The translations under genes and the position numbers were made by a program. A DNA stretch of 61,205 nt from an uncultured Smithella sp. (GTDB taxonomy: Bacteria; Desulfobacterota; Syntrophia; Syntrophales; Smithellaceae), in contig CAYNWA010000011.1 of assembly GCA_964400795.1 (NCBI GenBank), forward strand, positions 26,374 through 87,578. Direction: 5' to 3'. Shown here one piece after another: positions 58,609-61,205 of this stretch. The first letter of the stretch is position 1. Every line of letters begins with the position of its first letter. Under the pieces are notes generated by a model. It saw nothing but the letters and a program-made list of their open reading frames with translations. It was not told the DNA's origin and made no database searches.

Positions 58609-59664
58609 CTACTCACCTTTTGAAAGCATCGATACAGAGTCCGTTGCTGTTTCAGCCAATCCTTTTTGCCTCATAACTTCTTCGAACCGCCGGCGTTCAC
58701 TAATGGGCATGTTGTTCAGGCACGCCAGTGGAGCATGAGATCCGGTTATGCGTTTCCAGAGCAGATTACTGTTTCCAAACACGGAAAACGCAGTGAAGTC
58801 GAACATCGTGTTGGGGGCAAAAAGACTTCCCCAGAAGTGCAGATGAACGCGGTTCTGCGGATTCCATTTGTTTTCCATGCTGTAAAGAATTGTGTAATAA
58901 GAAAGATCTCTGGCATTTCGAAAACGTCTGCGGCGGGTTTCTTCCAGAATAGACCCAAACTCCTCCTCTACCCGCAGGGCTGTCGCTTTGCGCCAGATTT
59001 TCGTTGCGTGTACCGGCACGAGAATCTTACGACAGGCAAGATGATGCCTGCATTTTCTCAGAAGAGAATATGCGTTAGAAATCCCGATCGTGTGAAGGTT
59101 GGTGCGATATCCCCAAAATATATAAGATAACTCGGTCATTATCCATCGATACACGGCCGGATAGGTGTGCAACTCAAGGGAAATTGCTCCTTCCGCATTT
59201 GTTGTGCAAAAGAAGTCGGGGTGGATCGGAGAAAAATGCATGTAGTCGTCATTATTGTAGAGAAAGATTTCGGATAAACCATCGATGCGGTGGAGAAACG
59301 ATTCAATGACGTTGCTGCTGAATATGGGCAGGTATTGTGAAGGAATGAATTCCTGAGGATCAACAATTCGGATGCGGCCTGAATTTAGAAGATGCAAAGA
59401 AACGGGAAGTCGTGGGGTTTCGGTTACAATGAAGATCGTGCGGATCCACGGCAGATATTTCAGCACACTGTTGACGCTGAACGTGATTTCCCCGACGTTG
59501 CGGAAACGGATATCGACATCGCCCGAATCGGAGACGTGATTTGATCGTACGGTGTCCGGGAGTTCCGAACGATAACGGCTGCGTGTTTCCAGATATTCGG
59601 GATCATCGCCATCGACATAGGTGAATACCATGTCTATCGGAATTTTCGATGTGACTGAATTCAT
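58609..59664 (-). CDS. Stealth-family hexose-1-phosphate transferase (copy 1)
   Basis: PIDMVFTYVDGDDP, KYLPWIRTIFIVT, IESFLHRIDGLSEIFLYNNDD and CLNN. Confidence 0.9.
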   Translation of the reverse strand: MNSVTSKIPIDMVFTYVDGDDPEYLETRSRYRSELPDTVRSNHVSDSGDVDIRFRNVGEITFSVNSVLKYLPWIRTIFIVTETPRLPVSLHLLNSGRIRIVDPQEFIPSQYLPIFSSNVIESFLHRIDGLSEIFLYNNDDYMHFSPIHPDFFCTTNAEGAISLELHTYPAVYRWIMTELSYIFWGYRTNLHTIGISNAYSLLRKCRHHLACRKILVPVHATKIWRKATALRVEEEFGSILEETRRRRFRNARDLSYYTILYSMENKWNPQNRVHLHFWGSLFAPNTMFDFTAFSVFGNSNLLWKRITGSHAPLACLNNMPISERRRFEEVMRQKGLAETATDSVSMLSKGE

Positions 59665-59717
59665 GAGTTGCCGCGGCGCTCCTTTTGCTGGACAAATAAT
59701 GCAATGGTTATTAATAA

Positions 59718-61205
59718 TTACAAATTGAATTTAATGCCCAGCATTGCTTGATAATTAAGAACACCGCCATATTCCGTATCTTCATTTCCCACGTTAATCG
59801 CTGTAGTACCAAAAATATCCCAATAATCACCCAGTGAATATGAAAAGAGTCCAAATAATTGGCCGGAGCCATCATCGAAATTTTGCGTCCAGCGTAAGGT
59901 AACGGCTAATCTGTTGAATATGTTAACCTGATGATATTGAAGCATGACGTAGTTTCTGCGTAAAAATCTTAGCCCGGGATCTGTGGGTTGAGAAGAAAGA
60001 TAGTCTAAGATATCTTCCTTGGTTTTCAACGCCCAACGGCTATTCTTTTTGTGTATCGTACGATCGTAATCGTCAGAAGCTTCTTGTAGAGTAGAGAAAG
60101 CCAGGTTGGCTTCATCTTTATCATAACCAACTCCATTATATAAATACTCCAGGGTTAAGGTACCTCCATTGAAAAACGTGTATGCCCCTCCGGCCAGAAT
60201 GGATGGCCTAATATCATTGTCATCACTATGGATCTGTTGCAGGGAGGCTCCGAAACGTGATGAATCCTTTACAGGATACCACGCGTTGCTTCCTTGTCGT
60301 ACATTTCCTTCTGTGTAAAGCAGCAGAGCATCAGATGCTGTCCATACACCGAAAAAGCCGAATTTATCCGTTTGATTGGCTTCCTTTCTTGAATAAATTA
60401 AAGATCCGTAACCGTTAACACCTGTATAATCAATCTTAAGGGCATAGGTTTTATCAAAAGGTTCCAAATTGGGGAGGGTATTACGTCCTTCATCCGTATT
60501 AGCAATCAGAGATATTGACCAGTCGGAATGGGGAACCAACAAAAGACGAACGAAATCCATTCCCTGAATTTCCGCGTAGGTATTGCCCCGGCCGTTATCG
60601 CTAAAAAAAGGATTAGACGGAGAAACAAGGAAAGAAGGACCCCATTGCAGATTTTCTCTTCCGTAGGACACAAAAAGTCTGTTCCACCCATTTAGTCTGA
60701 CTAACCATTCGTTTACGTACCAGTCATCTTTTCCTTCTGTATCTCCTTCACGCATCCCTTCTTCCCAAAGCCGACAGTCGAGTTTCGCTCTGGGTTTGGC
60801 GGAAAGCTCCAGGTAATTTGAATTAAAATAGAAATCGGGCCTTATTTCCAGATCAGCACGATAATGCGGAATTTCAAGAAAATCATTGTTGGGATTGCGG
60901 CTCGATTCAACGGGATCCTGAGCAATTCCATAAGCGAGGACTTTCAAATCTGACGAAAAAAAATTCCTGATTTTTTGTAATGTCGTTTGGTTTTCGGCAT
61001 CCATCAGTATCATATCGATATTTTCATCGGATAAACGTAATGCCTCCGGATTTCCTTCAACGGAAGGAGCGCTTGTAATACCTGACGTTTCCTCCGGAAG
61101 AGCTTTTGGAGATTGAGAGGAATATTGATCTTCGACAAACTCTTCATGAGGATTTTCTGTAGCCCGGGCTGGACTCGGCATCCATAAAAAAGGAACAATG
61201 ACTAG
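59718..61205 (-). CDS. Exported, probable outer-membrane beta-barrel protein; 5'-partial (frame open to the window edge)
   Basis: The frame continues upstream of 61181 as LVIVPFLW-MPSPARA, resembling a signal peptide. GRENLQWG motif, alternating beta-strand pattern and C-terminal GIKFNL. Confidence 0.7.
   Translation of the reverse strand, partial: LVIVPFLWMPSPARATENPHEEFVEDQYSSQSPKALPEETSGITSAPSVEGNPEALRLSDENIDMILMDAENQTTLQKIRNFFSSDLKVLAYGIAQDPVESSRNPNNDFLEIPHYRADLEIRPDFYFNSNYLELSAKPRAKLDCRLWEEGMREGDTEGKDDWYVNEWLVRLNGWNRLFVSYGRENLQWGPSFLVSPSNPFFSDNGRGNTYAEIQGMDFVRLLLVPHSDWSISLIANTDEGRNTLPNLEPFDKTYALKIDYTGVNGYGSLIYSRKEANQTDKFGFFGVWTASDALLLYTEGNVRQGSNAWYPVKDSSRFGASLQQIHSDDNDIRPSILAGGAYTFFNGGTLTLEYLYNGVGYDKDEANLAFSTLQEASDDYDRTIHKKNSRWALKTKEDILDYLSSQPTDPGLRFLRRNYVMLQYHQVNIFNRLAVTLRWTQNFDDGSGQLFGLFSYSLGDYWDIFGTTAINVGNEDTEYGGVLNYQAMLGIKFNL

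Larger units (their letters stand above)
50139..61205. mobile_element. Putative tRNA-anchored genomic island, extending beyond the right edge
   Basis: tRNA 3' fragment in the orientation expected for the distal att site, followed by an abrupt change to accessory lipid/glycan genes. No integrase is present in the window. Confidence 0.45.

Overview
A 61.2-kb bacterial chromosomal window. Gene content and style suggest a Desulfobacterota/Syntrophales (Smithella-like) anaerobe, which is inference only. Positions 1-50,100 are mostly housekeeping and accessory metabolism: TRAP DctP, PLD, hrpA, mnmA, DUF853 ATPase, a diguanylate cyclase, pabB, ALDH, CoA-transferase, MacAB-TolC-like efflux with TetR, pgi-tkt, cutA/trmH/terC/lgt/trxB, yhbY, YfhO, M23, OmpA, ettA and CcdA/TlpA. 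Many REP/MITE-like palindromic repeats sit between genes. One repeat family also occurs inside hrpA as an apparent in-frame insertion. Two paralogous HxxxD (BAHD/condensation-like) acyltransferases lie in AT-rich inserts, one followed by a GNAT-BKACE fusion. A degenerate tRNA-Leu 3' fragment at about 50,139-50,193 looks like an att scar bounding an island that runs off the right edge. The island holds a coupled SDR / serine palmitoyltransferase-like / CDP-alcohol phosphotransferase operon converging on a flippase and two tandem Stealth-family sugar-1-phosphate transferases. It also carries a standalone E2-like acyltransferase, an orphan ABC permease and an exported protein. This is the best candidate for an undescribed system: a phosphoglyco-sphingolipid or lipid-anchored phosphoglycan pathway. 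All calls come from motif recognition by eye; no searches were run.
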